Program-made: the position numbers and the translations under genes
From: an uncultured Erysipelotrichaceae bacterium
GTDB taxonomy: Bacteria > Bacillota_I > Bacilli_A > RFN20 > CAG-288
Direction: 5' to 3'
Assembly (NCBI GenBank): GCA_902773085.1
Contig: CACYDF010000089.1
Span: 1 to 54,459 of the forward strand
DNA: 54,459 nucleotides
In this document: positions 43,295-52,985 of the stretch, piece by piece
How the letters are laid out: every line of letters starts with the position of its first letter
Numbering within the stretch: the first letter of the stretch is position 1
Notes under the pieces: model-generated
The model's input: only the letters and a program-made list of their open reading frames with translations
What the model was told of the DNA's origin: nothing
The model's database searches: none

Positions 43295-46126
43295 ATGATA
43301 GAAATAAAAAATATAACAAAAAATTATAGTAAAGATTCACCTCCTGTTTTAGATAATATTAGTTATCGTTTTTCTAGCAAAGGGCTTTACTATATTGTTG
43401 GGAAAAGTGGGTGTGGTAAATCTACTCTTTTGCATATTATTGGTGGTATAGATTATAACTACAATGGAGATGTATTTTTCCTTAATAAAAAGGTCAAATC
43501 TTTTGATGAACATGAAAGAGCAAATCATCTATTTTCTACTTGTTCTTTTTCTTTCCAAGATTACAAAATAGATGATAAAAAGAAAGTATATTCTTTGTTA
43601 AAAAGCGCATTAGAAATAAGCACATTATCAGATAAAGAAATAAGAGAAAGAATAGACAAATATTTAAGCAAGGTTGGTTTATTTGAAAAGAGGGAATCTT
43701 TATTTTCGTCTCTTTCTGGAGGAGAGAAAAAAAGGATTTCTTTAGTTAGAGCTTTAATTCGAGATAATCCTGTTTTACTAATTGATGAACCAATTTCATC
43801 ATTAAATAAAAAGCTAAGAAAAGAGATAACTTCTTTATTAATTGAAGAAAGTAAATTTCGCTTAATAATTGTTATTACTCACGAGAAAAAAGAGATACCT
43901 CAAGATGCCTTTGTTTTGTCACTAGAAAACGGGAGACTATCAGAAATAAATAAAGGTAATCTTTCATCAGAAAAAGAGATGAAAACTCACTATGAAAGAA
44001 AGAATTATTCTGGAATAAATTTCTATAAAAATATTATTCAATCTTTACTTTTAAAAAAAGAATATTTTGCTTTAGCTTTAACTTCTCTTTCGATTGCCCT
44101 ATTTACTATTACTCTTTCCTTTATGTTAGTCTTTAATGTTTCATCTTCTCTTTTGGGATCTTTACTTTCTTACATGGAAGAAGACTCCTTAGTAATAAGC
44201 AAAAAAGAAAACGAAGAAGTAGATTCTTATTACTCTTTACCTGAAAAGGAAGAAATAGAAAAACTCAAACAAGATTTAGGAGATACTATTATCACGACAG
44301 ATGAGTTCTATGTAACAAATATAGATTCAATAATTAGTGAATATCAGCAATTCTCTTTTGTCTTTAATAATAAAAGCTTGTATATTGAGAATTTCTCCCT
44401 TTCAACATTTCTAGAATGTTACAAGTTAGAAGAAAAAAAAGAAAACGATCAATTATTCTTTCATAGTAAAGAAATGAAGCCAGATGAAATAATTATAGGA
44501 ATTGATGAAAAGAAATTTAAATCTTTATATTATTTAATTACTGGAGAAAAGATTAAAAATTACGAAAATGAATATGGGAAACACTTACTAGAGCTTATAG
44601 AAGCAAACACTCTTTCGTTTAGAATTGAAGCAAGAAAGATTTCGTGGAAATATAATTTAGATTATTCATATAAAATTGTTGGTTTTGTTTTTTCTGATTA
44701 TAACTATGTAATGTCTAATAATCATTCTTTCACTTCTTCATTTGTTAAAAACACTCTAGGTTTTAAAGAAAGATTTATAGGAGAAGATACATTTCAAGAT
44801 TATCCTGCTTTATTAGAAAAAGCATATGGTATAACAATAAATCCAAAAAAGAAAGAAGAGTTTATTATTAGATATTTAAATAGTAAGTTCTCAGATCATC
44901 TATCAATTCAAAACTTTTCATCTCAACAATATTTTGTAAAAAACAATTATGAAACTTATAATCGATTTTTAGTTTATAAAGATTATTTGAATAAGTTATC
45001 GTTAAGTGATATCAATAGATTTGTTTCAGATAACAAAGAAAAGATTTCTTCAATTGATTATTCAACAGCAGCATATACTTATACTACTAGTGGATACATT
45101 TCAGGTTTTACTAAGCCTTTCTTTTTTAGCAAGTATAAAAACAAATTAATCGAAATAGAAGGAGAATACACTTTTGCAGAAGATAACTTAGGTCAGATGC
45201 AAGCAAGTACAATTCAGGTGGAAAAAGATGTATTCAAAGGGGATCTACTTTCTTCAATTGATAAAAGCGGAATCGTCTTTGTTTCTTTTGATAGAAATAA
45301 AGATAATCTCAAATATGGACATAAGCCTTTTAGTTATAATGAAGTTGCAATTTCTTCTTCCTTTGCAAAGAAATTAAATAAACAAGAAGAGCAAGTTTTA
45401 GGAATGACATTGCATACTTTACTTCTTGAAAAAACAAGTGTGATAGGAAATAAATACCAAAACGAGTTTTCTTTTGGAGAACTTACTGTTTGTGGAATAT
45501 ACGAAAATGACAATCTAAATATATATCATGAAAGTTTATTCCCTTTTGCTTATTTGTTTTCTCATTCAGTGATTGAACCTAGTCAAATACATGTTAATGA
45601 AGTTGTTCTAAAAGTAGATATAGAAAACTATAGTGAAGATTATTATTTAGAAGAAATAAAAAGATACGGAGATTATAAAGGAAGTTTTCCAATGTTAATA
45701 ATAAGTAAACAGATGCAAAAAACTTTAGCAAATCTAACAATTCTTTTTTCTATACTTGCAGGAATTTCATTATTAATTTCATCATTTTTAATTACTCTTA
45801 ATTTGTTTCTTATAATTGAAAAAGACAAGAAAGAAATAGGCATTTTATTATCTTTAGGATATACGAAGAAAGAAATAAGAAAGTTTTATATCTTCTTAAC
45901 TTTAATGATAGGGGCAATTAGCTATCTTTCTTCTCTAGTTATAAGTATATTTGCACAGAAAACGATTTTTGAACAACTATCTTTGATACTAAATCATTTT
46001 TCTTTTTCATTTGTTCCATATTTGATTTCGCTTATTGTAGGTTTACTATTATCTTTGATAATAGGGACTATAGCAACATCAAAAATAAAAAATATAGATA
46101 TAAAGGAGGCTTTTGATAAATTTTGA
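43295..46126 (+). CDS. Fused ABC ATPase-permease with very large extracytoplasmic loop and FtsX-like C-terminus
   Basis: GKSGCGKSTLL, LSGGEKKR, LLIDEP; TM; loop of roughly 500 aa; EKDKKEIGILLSLGYTKKEIRKF FtsX-type segment. Starts 1 nt after the upstream stop. Confidence 0.8.
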   Translation: MIEIKNITKNYSKDSPPVLDNISYRFSSKGLYYIVGKSGCGKSTLLHIIGGIDYNYNGDVFFLNKKVKSFDEHERANHLFSTCSFSFQDYKIDDKKKVYSLLKSALEISTLSDKEIRERIDKYLSKVGLFEKRESLFSSLSGGEKKRISLVRALIRDNPVLLIDEPISSLNKKLRKEITSLLIEESKFRLIIVITHEKKEIPQDAFVLSLENGRLSEINKGNLSSEKEMKTHYERKNYSGINFYKNIIQSLLLKKEYFALALTSLSIALFTITLSFMLVFNVSSSLLGSLLSYMEEDSLVISKKENEEVDSYYSLPEKEEIEKLKQDLGDTIITTDEFYVTNIDSIISEYQQFSFVFNNKSLYIENFSLSTFLECYKLEEKKENDQLFFHSKEMKPDEIIIGIDEKKFKSLYYLITGEKIKNYENEYGKHLLELIEANTLSFRIEARKISWKYNLDYSYKIVGFVFSDYNYVMSNNHSFTSSFVKNTLGFKERFIGEDTFQDYPALLEKAYGITINPKKKEEFIIRYLNSKFSDHLSIQNFSSQQYFVKNNYETYNRFLVYKDYLNKLSLSDINRFVSDNKEKISSIDYSTAAYTYTTSGYISGFTKPFFFSKYKNKLIEIEGEYTFAEDNLGQMQASTIQVEKDVFKGDLLSSIDKSGIVFVSFDRNKDNLKYGHKPFSYNEVAISSSFAKKLNKQEEQVLGMTLHTLLLEKTSVIGNKYQNEFSFGELTVCGIYENDNLNIYHESLFPFAYLFSHSVIEPSQIHVNEVVLKVDIENYSEDYYLEEIKRYGDYKGSFPMLIISKQMQKTLANLTILFSILAGISLLISSFLITLNLFLIIEKDKKEIGILLSLGYTKKEIRKFYIFLTLMIGAISYLSSLVISIFAQKTIFEQLSLILNHFSFSFVPYLISLIVGLLLSLIIGTIATSKIKNIDIKEAFDKF

Positions 46127-46141
46127 TAATAAAAAAAGACA

Positions 46142-46168
46142 ACAATTTTCTAAAAATTGTATTTTTTT
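46142..46168 (+). terminator. Weak AT-rich terminator candidate after the ABC pair
   Basis: ACAATTTT (46142-46149) / AAAATTGT (46153-46160), followed by a T-run 46162-46168. Confidence 0.4.
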
Positions 46169-46244
46169 AGATATTAAAATAAAGTTTTTATTTTTTTTTG
46201 ATATTCTTTTTAGTAATATTTAATAGTTTAAGGAGACGTAAAAG

Positions 46245-46460
46245 ATGAAAGGTAAAGTTAAACGATTTGATAAGGACAAAGGGTTCGGATTCATAGTCGG
46301 TGAAGATGAAAAGGAATATTTTTTCCATTTTTCAGAAATTGTAATGGAAGGATTTAAAACCATTGCAGCTGATACAGAAGTTGAATTTGAAACTGCTGAA
46401 ACTGAAAAAGGTTTACGTGCAAATCATGTAGTTGCAGTTAATAACGAAGAAGCAAAATAA
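46245..46460 (+). CDS. Cold-shock domain protein (CspA family)
   Basis: KGFGFI (RNP1) and YFFHFS (RNP2-like). 71 aa. AAGGAG SD. Confidence 0.92.
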   Translation: MKGKVKRFDKDKGFGFIVGEDEKEYFFHFSEIVMEGFKTIAADTEVEFETAETEKGLRANHVVAVNNEEAK

Positions 46461-46494
46461 AAATATTTATAACATTTTATAAAGTATAAATAAT

Positions 46495-46528
46495 AAAAAC
46501 CGCCTTATAAGAAAAGGGCGGTTTTTTC
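46495..46528. terminator. Bidirectional intrinsic terminator (csp on +, galE operon on -)
   Basis: AAAAACCGCC...GGGCGGTTTTTT. GC-rich stem ACCGCC (46499-46504) / GGCGGT (46517-46522), flanked by A- and T-runs. Confidence 0.75.
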
Positions 46529-46590
46529 ATATATATTCAAGAATATTTAAGTTTAGTTCTTAAAGTTGTTTATAAGAAAAAAGGCGTAAT

Positions 46591-47712
46591 TTATTTAGTG
46601 TATTTTTTAAGATTAAAGGAATCAATGTTTTCGATATTTTCATATAAAGAAGCATAATACTTCTTTGGCTTGATTTTTAAGTCGACAATTTCTAGATCGC
46701 TCTTGATATTTGAAAAATGATTTTTACCATATAAGGATGGATTTTTTTGTCTCCAATTTAAATCATCTCTAATCATATTTTCTAAGTTATTATCAATTGT
46801 CCATTTTAAGATTTCTTTAGCATGTTTATTAGAAGCTACAATACTATCAGCATCCCCTGGCCTTCTTGGACCGAAGACATAATTAACTTCTTTATTTAAT
46901 ACTTTACTCACAGCTTGAATTATTTCTAGGTTTGTATATCCAGTTTCACTACCTAGATTAAAAATATCGCTTTGTTTAGTTTTAATTAAATGAGTAATAC
47001 CAAGAACATGTGCTTTAGCTAAATCAAGAACATGGATATAATCTCTTAAATTAGTTCCATCTCTTGTTTGAGAATCATTACCAAAAAGAGTAAATTGTTT
47101 ATTCTTCAACTGAGATATTAATATACATGGAATGATATGAGTTTCAACTGGATGTGCTTCTCCAATTGATCCATCCTTACTTGCACCTGCAACATTAAAA
47201 TATCTAAATATACAATATTTTAATCCATATGCATGAGCAGCATCTTTAATCATGTTTTCAGACATTAATTTACTTCTGCCATATGGAGAAGTAGGATTAA
47301 GTATTGCATCTTCACTAATTGCATCTTCTTTACTTGAACCATATACTGCTGCAGTAGAAGAAAACACAATATTCTTAACATTATATAACCGCATGGCTCT
47401 TAAAATAGAAAGAACCGAAAAAGAATTATCATCATAATAAGATAAAGGAGAAGAAACACTTTCTGCAACTTGTATCTTACCAGCAAAATGAATAATTCCA
47501 TCAAAGTGATATTTATCAAATAAAGAATTAAGTAGTCCTAAATTACGGCAATCACCAACAACGAGTTTAGCTCTTTTATCAACAGCCTTTAAATAACCTG
47601 TTGATAAATTATCTAAAACAACCACATCATAATTATTATCTAAAAGAAGTTTAACTGTATGAGAACCAATATATCCTGCACCACCAGTAACAAGAATTAA
47701 ATTTTTTGACAT
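46591..47712 (-). CDS. galE: UDP-glucose 4-epimerase (with about 40-aa C-terminal extension)
   Basis: VTGGAGYIGSH Rossmann motif and SPYGRSK (YxxxK) catalytic motif. Confidence 0.9.
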   Translation of the reverse strand: MSKNLILVTGGAGYIGSHTVKLLLDNNYDVVVLDNLSTGYLKAVDKRAKLVVGDCRNLGLLNSLFDKYHFDGIIHFAGKIQVAESVSSPLSYYDDNSFSVLSILRAMRLYNVKNIVFSSTAAVYGSSKEDAISEDAILNPTSPYGRSKLMSENMIKDAAHAYGLKYCIFRYFNVAGASKDGSIGEAHPVETHIIPCILISQLKNKQFTLFGNDSQTRDGTNLRDYIHVLDLAKAHVLGITHLIKTKQSDIFNLGSETGYTNLEIIQAVSKVLNKEVNYVFGPRRPGDADSIVASNKHAKEILKWTIDNNLENMIRDDLNWRQKNPSLYGKNHFSNIKSDLEIVDLKIKPKKYYASLYENIENIDSFNLKKYTK

Positions 47713-47717
47713 AACAT

Positions 47718-49082
47718 TTATCTCCTTAAGACGTTTAAGATATTACCAAGAGTATTTTGGTTATTTGTATCAGTGGTACATATAATAGAACTTTCAATTC
47801 CAAAAACACTGTTTTTCTTAACAACTAAGTCATTATATGAAATTCCACCAAAGGCATCACCTGAATGATCAAGATAACCAGTTAGTTCTCTAATTTCTGG
47901 GAAGGCATCATATTTAGGTAGAGTTGTATCATCAGAAAGAATATAAGTTGAGAAAGAAGAATAAGTATCTGCTTTTAAATATGTAGAAACATAGTTATTA
48001 CTTAGTGAACTATTAATGGCAATAGCAGTATGAACTTTTGCTTTACTAACTTCTTCAATTGAAGAAAAGTAAGTAGCTTGATATAAATGAGTATCAGTTT
48101 TATTATCAATAGATTTTTCATTATTAATTGCAGAAACAAGTTCTTTACAAATGTTAACAAGTTCGTTACTTGGTTCATCACTTTTTTCAATTCTTTCTTC
48201 ACCATTTGATGACTTTGCATAAATAGAAGGATAGATTGCAACATCATAATATCCTGAAGCTAGAGTTGAACCTGTATCAACTACATCAATTAAAGTAAAT
48301 GGAGATGCTGAATTATTTCTAATTGTAACTTTATTTCTCCTCCCGCTTTCTTTACTAGGTAGAGTATAGAAAGTTTCATTAATAGGATTATCATACTTAA
48401 TTGAATAAGGTGCAATATCACTTTTAGAAGTCTCTGGTGCTGATGTTTCTTGAATCGGATAAAAGACGTATTTACCAGGACTTACTAAAGAAAAATCAAT
48501 ATAGTATTTCCCATTGGCGATATCAGTTCTACCATTATTAAAGTTATGACTATTTGTTTCAAGATTATATAAAGCAAATCCATAATTACCTTCACCAAAG
48601 ACATAATTAGGATTACTATAAGCAGTTGGAGTTAGTTTACATTCGCCAACAAAAAATTTACTTCCAACAATAGAAAAGTCTTTAATTTTTTGAGAATTAT
48701 CTCTTTTGAAATCTGTTAATATTCGAGTAGTTTTTGTATAAGAATAATTTGTAATATTAAGATAAGAATTTAAAGAAGAGTTACTTGTTGATGTATCAAC
48801 TAAAAAAGAAATAATTGAAAAAGCAGCAAAGCCAACAAGAGTTCCAGTAATTGCAATCGCAAGGATATTTGATATTAGTTTAGCAGTATTTCTAGTTGAA
48901 GCAACCTTATTATTATCATCTGAATTGCTCCCGGTATTAATATTTATATTTAAATTAGTGCCTTGTTGATTAGGCATATTTTGAGAAGAATCTAAGTTAG
49001 TATTTAAAGTAGCTTGAGGTATTTCTTCTACAATAGGAGTGATGACATTAGGTGAATCTTTTTCTTTTTTTCTTCCAAACAT
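47718..49082 (-). CDS. Hypothetical membrane-anchored protein (disordered N-terminus, one TM, large external domain)
   Basis: 454-aa ORF packed between asnS and galE. TM LISNILAIAITGTLVGFAAFSIISFLV. Confidence 0.8.
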   Translation of the reverse strand: MFGRKKEKDSPNVITPIVEEIPQATLNTNLDSSQNMPNQQGTNLNININTGSNSDDNNKVASTRNTAKLISNILAIAITGTLVGFAAFSIISFLVDTSTSNSSLNSYLNITNYSYTKTTRILTDFKRDNSQKIKDFSIVGSKFFVGECKLTPTAYSNPNYVFGEGNYGFALYNLETNSHNFNNGRTDIANGKYYIDFSLVSPGKYVFYPIQETSAPETSKSDIAPYSIKYDNPINETFYTLPSKESGRRNKVTIRNNSASPFTLIDVVDTGSTLASGYYDVAIYPSIYAKSSNGEERIEKSDEPSNELVNICKELVSAINNEKSIDNKTDTHLYQATYFSSIEEVSKAKVHTAIAINSSLSNNYVSTYLKADTYSSFSTYILSDDTTLPKYDAFPEIRELTGYLDHSGDAFGGISYNDLVVKKNSVFGIESSIICTTDTNNQNTLGNILNVLRR

Positions 49083-49089
49083 ATCTTAA

Positions 49090-50460
49090 TTAGAATAGCA
49101 TATTTCGATAATTTCGTGGATAAGGTTGAGTATCACGAATATTATCAATTCCTGTTACTAACATTACAAGTCTTTCAAAGCCAAGTCCAAAACCAGCATG
49201 AGGCATTGAACCGTTCTTTCTTAAATCAAGATACCACTTGTAACTTTCAAGAGGCATCTTTAATTCTTTAATTCTCTTTAATAGAAGATCGTAATTATCT
49301 TCTCTTACACTTCCACCACAAAGTTCTCCAATTCCAGGAGTAAGTAAATCAACAGCTTGGACTGTTTTATTATCATCATTTAACTTCATATAGAAGGCTT
49401 TAATATCTTTTGGCATATTTCTTAAAAAGATAGGTTTTTTAAAGACGACTTCAGTTAAATATTTTTCATGTTCACTATTTAAATCAAGTCCAAAATCAAT
49501 ATCATTATTTTCAAATTTAACACCTTCTTTTTGGGCTTTCTTTAATAGATTTATACAATCAGAATATTCAACAAATTCAAATGACTTAGTAAGAAAATCA
49601 TTTAGTTTAGTTTTTAAATTTTTATCTATAAAAGATGCAAAAACATTGATATCATCTTCGCAATCTTGAATAGTGTTTTTAACAACGTATTTTAAAAACT
49701 CTTCTTCGATTTTACATAGAGTATCTAAATCAGCAAAAGCAATTTCAGGTTCAATCATCCAGAACTCTGCAGCATGTCTAGTAGTATTAGATTTCTCTGC
49801 TCTAAAAGTTGGACCAAATGTATAAACCTTTTGATAAGCAAGAGCAAAGGGTTCAACATGTAACTGGCCACTGACAGTTAGATGTGGATTAGGACTATTA
49901 AAATATTTTGATTCTCCAACTTTGTCACCAGAGGCTAGAACATCAAATACTTGTCCTTCACCTTCACAATCATTTCCAGTTATAATTGGAGTATGAATCC
50001 AAAGATATCCATTCTTATGGAAATATTCATGAATGTAATAAGAAAGAGTACTACGAATTCTAAATAGAGCATTAAAAGTGTTTGTTCGTACTCTCCACTG
50101 AGGAATTTCTCTTAAATATTCAAAAGACATTCTTTGTTTTTGTAAAACATAATCTTCTTCAACATCACTAATAAGATCTATTTTCATTGATTCAAGTTCA
50201 ACTATTTGTTTTGCTTCAGGAGTTAAGTGAATCTTGCCTTTAACAGAGATTGAACAACCCATTCTAATAGCTTGAGCTTTTTTATCAGTAGACGAATAGA
50301 CAATTTGCAAAGAAGAAAAACAGCTACCATCATTAAGGAGGATAAAACCAACATTACCCATAAATCTATTTCCTCTAACAAGGCCTTTAATAGTTACTTC
50401 TTTTCCTTCAATAGATTTATCTTGTTTTTTACTAAGTTCGTATATTTCTTTTATTGTCAT
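49090..50460 (-). CDS. asnS: Asparagine--tRNA ligase
   Basis: Class II motifs FRAEKSNTTRHAAEFWMIEPE and GFGLGFERLV. N-terminal OB fold. 456 aa. Confidence 0.92.
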   Translation of the reverse strand: MTIKEIYELSKKQDKSIEGKEVTIKGLVRGNRFMGNVGFILLNDGSCFSSLQIVYSSTDKKAQAIRMGCSISVKGKIHLTPEAKQIVELESMKIDLISDVEEDYVLQKQRMSFEYLREIPQWRVRTNTFNALFRIRSTLSYYIHEYFHKNGYLWIHTPIITGNDCEGEGQVFDVLASGDKVGESKYFNSPNPHLTVSGQLHVEPFALAYQKVYTFGPTFRAEKSNTTRHAAEFWMIEPEIAFADLDTLCKIEEEFLKYVVKNTIQDCEDDINVFASFIDKNLKTKLNDFLTKSFEFVEYSDCINLLKKAQKEGVKFENNDIDFGLDLNSEHEKYLTEVVFKKPIFLRNMPKDIKAFYMKLNDDNKTVQAVDLLTPGIGELCGGSVREDNYDLLLKRIKELKMPLESYKWYLDLRKNGSMPHAGFGLGFERLVMLVTGIDNIRDTQPYPRNYRNMLF

Positions 50461-50462
50461 AT

Positions 50463-51947
50463 TTATTCTCCTTCAATTTCTAAATCGAGATTCGCACTAG
50501 TTGGTGTATCAAATTTGCACATCCTGTTAATTGCAATTTTCTTACTTGCAACTAAACCAATCATAGCAGCATTATCAGTAGTAAGTTCTAAAGGAGGAAT
50601 AAATAAATTGTATCTGCTTGCCTTACATCTATTAGTAATTTCTTTTCTTAAATAAGAATTTGCAGAAACTCCTCCACCTAAAATAATATTTTTTATCTTC
50701 AAGTCTTTTGCAGCAATAAATAATTTTTCAAGTAATTGATCAATAAATACCTTTTCAACAGAATAAGCAATTGAACATTTAGTTTTATCAGTAAGAGGTC
50801 CTTTACTCTTTTCTTTTTCAATTAATCTAGCAACATGACTTTTAATTCCTGAATAGGAGAAGTTATATCCATCAACATTTACTTTAGGTAAATTAATTAA
50901 AGGATATTCATTATTACCAACTAATTCATCAATTGCTTTTCCACCAGGATATGGTAAATCAAGAAGTCTAGCAACTTTATCTAGAGCTTCACCAATAGCA
51001 TCATCAAGACTTTGTCCGATAATTTTAAATGACATTGATTCTTTTAATAAAACTATTTCACTATTTCCACCAGAGGCAACAAGTGCTAAAGCAGGATACG
51101 AATATGGTTTTACAAATTCACCAGCATAAATATGTCCAGCAAGATGATTAACACCTATTAAGGGAACATCTAAATAAGATGCAATTGTTTTAGCAACAAC
51201 TGAACCAATTTGGAGTGCGCCAGGAAGACCAGGGCCCTGAGTAAAAGCAACATGAGTAATAGTGGTAAAATCAAAGTCTTTTAAAGACATTAAATACTTT
51301 AATAATTTAGGCATATTTTGAAGATGTAATCTTGAAGCAAGTTCAGGATATACTCCTCCATATTTTTGATGTTCTTTAATTTGAGTATCCACAGTATTTG
51401 CAATAATCTCTTTTCCGTTTTTAACAATAGCAAGAGCAGATTCATCACAGCTTGATTCAATAGCTAAGATGATTTCATTTTTACGTCTAACTTTTTCTTT
51501 TTCTTGTTTAATGATTTCTTTCTTCATACAGAAAGCATCATCTAGATTTGGTTCAGGATAATAATTTGGTCTAATGCTAGTAGTAGTAAAACCATTTTTC
51601 TTATAGAATCTAAATGCCTGCATATTCTTTCTTCTAACATCAAGAAGAAGGTTAATAACATTTTTATCAACCAGATCTTTAATAGCTTCTAGTAAAAGCT
51701 GCGTTCCAATTCCCTGATGTTGCCTATCACTATTAATAGCTATAGCATCAATTTCAGCATCTTCGCCTTCAATTCTTATAGAGATAAAACCGACTATTTT
51801 TTTATCATCTGCAACATAAACTAAATGAGCAGGGTCACTAATGTATTTATTTAAATCTTCTTCTTTAAAAGAAAAGTCTAATAATACTTTTTGACCAATA
51901 GCGATAATTGATTTTACGTCTTTAGTTTCTGCTAGTCTTATTATCAT
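50463..51947 (-). CDS. tsaD: Fusion protein: RimI-like GNAT acetyltransferase (N-terminal) + tRNA t6A synthesis protein TsaD (C-terminal)
   Basis: aa 1-145 are GNAT-like (RQHQGIGTQLL acetyl-CoA motif; FYKKNGF). A linker IKQEKEKVRRKNE follows. Then TsaD (LAIESSCDESA, GVNHLAGHI, GGVSAN). Single uninterrupted 494-aa ORF. Confidence 0.88.
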   Translation of the reverse strand: MIIRLAETKDVKSIIAIGQKVLLDFSFKEEDLNKYISDPAHLVYVADDKKIVGFISIRIEGEDAEIDAIAINSDRQHQGIGTQLLLEAIKDLVDKNVINLLLDVRRKNMQAFRFYKKNGFTTTSIRPNYYPEPNLDDAFCMKKEIIKQEKEKVRRKNEIILAIESSCDESALAIVKNGKEIIANTVDTQIKEHQKYGGVYPELASRLHLQNMPKLLKYLMSLKDFDFTTITHVAFTQGPGLPGALQIGSVVAKTIASYLDVPLIGVNHLAGHIYAGEFVKPYSYPALALVASGGNSEIVLLKESMSFKIIGQSLDDAIGEALDKVARLLDLPYPGGKAIDELVGNNEYPLINLPKVNVDGYNFSYSGIKSHVARLIEKEKSKGPLTDKTKCSIAYSVEKVFIDQLLEKLFIAAKDLKIKNIILGGGVSANSYLRKEITNRCKASRYNLFIPPLELTTDNAAMIGLVASKKIAINRMCKFDTPTSANLDLEIEGE

Positions 51948-52555
51948 ATTTTAGCCTCATATATTGGAAGGAATTTTTCAGGAGTCGAGGAATAATCATC
52001 AAATAAATCTTTTCGATTAATCATTTCTTGAACAACATTAACTCCTTTTGCTTTTTCACTAAGATTATTATCAAGGATAACTTGTTTACAAGTTTCATCT
52101 AAATCTTCATAAAAAATCTTGTCATATTTAGAAATGACTTCTCCAATCTTATTCTTATTTATTTTTTCACTTTTACCTTTTTTTTCATCATAGATGAAAA
52201 AGTTTCCACTTCTATCAGATAAAAATGAAACACCTTCATAATTCATTAACTTCAAAGTGTTAACTCCAAAGATTTTAACTTTTGGATTTAAAGTGTGAAT
52301 AATTTTACAAATAGTAATACCTACTCTAATACCAGTATTAGACCCTGGACCAAGAAGAGTATATAGACAATCGACATCTTCAATCTTTAGATTTTCAGAC
52401 ATTAATAATCTATTCATTAATAAGTTAGATTTTTCAGTAACTGTTCTAGTGTTTTCATGAGAAATAACTCTTGCCTTAGTATCAATAAGGAGAGACATTT
52501 CAAAACGGTTTGTCGAAGTATCGATAAATAAAGAAACTATTTTACTACCTTTCAT
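51944..52555 (-). CDS. tsaB: tRNA t6A synthesis protein TsaB
   Basis: IDTSTN... and GPGSNTGIRVG motifs. Positioned between tsaE and tsaD. Confidence 0.85.
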   Translation of the reverse strand: MKGSKIVSLFIDTSTNRFEMSLLIDTKARVISHENTRTVTEKSNLLMNRLLMSENLKIEDVDCLYTLLGPGSNTGIRVGITICKIIHTLNPKVKIFGVNTLKLMNYEGVSFLSDRSGNFFIYDEKKGKSEKINKNKIGEVISKYDKIFYEDLDETCKQVILDNNLSEKAKGVNVVQEMINRKDLFDDYSSTPEKFLPIYEAKI

Positions 52556-52985
52556 CTTTTACAAGCACCTTTCTTTCTTTTCCATCACCAAAAGACATTT
52601 CTATTTTTATTGCTGGTGAAAACTTCTTTAGTGATGACTGAGCAAACTCAGGCCATTCAACAAGAAATACATTGTTTTCTTTTCCAATAAATTCATCTAA
52701 GTTTAGATTTTTAGATTCTTCACTAGCTTCTTCAAGTCTATAGCAATCAACATGATAAAAATTTAAATCATCAAGTTGATATAACTTTACTAAATTAAAA
52801 GTTGGTGAATTTATTATTTGACTAATTCCAAGTGCTTTTCCAAGTTCTTTAGCAAGGTATGTTTTACCTACACCTAAAGGTCCACTAACTAAAATTACTT
52901 CGTTCTTTTTTAATGTTGGAACTAAGTCTTTTGTAATATTAGATAAATCTTCAACCTTCTTAATTAAATATTCTTTTTTCTTCAT
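52545..52985 (-). CDS. tsaE: tRNA t6A synthesis ATPase TsaE
   Basis: P-loop SGPLGVGKT, NSPTFNL, HVDCYRL motifs. 146 aa. Confidence 0.9.
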   Translation of the reverse strand: MKKKEYLIKKVEDLSNITKDLVPTLKKNEVILVSGPLGVGKTYLAKELGKALGISQIINSPTFNLVKLYQLDDLNFYHVDCYRLEEASEESKNLNLDEFIGKENNVFLVEWPEFAQSSLKKFSPAIKIEMSFGDGKERKVLVKDER

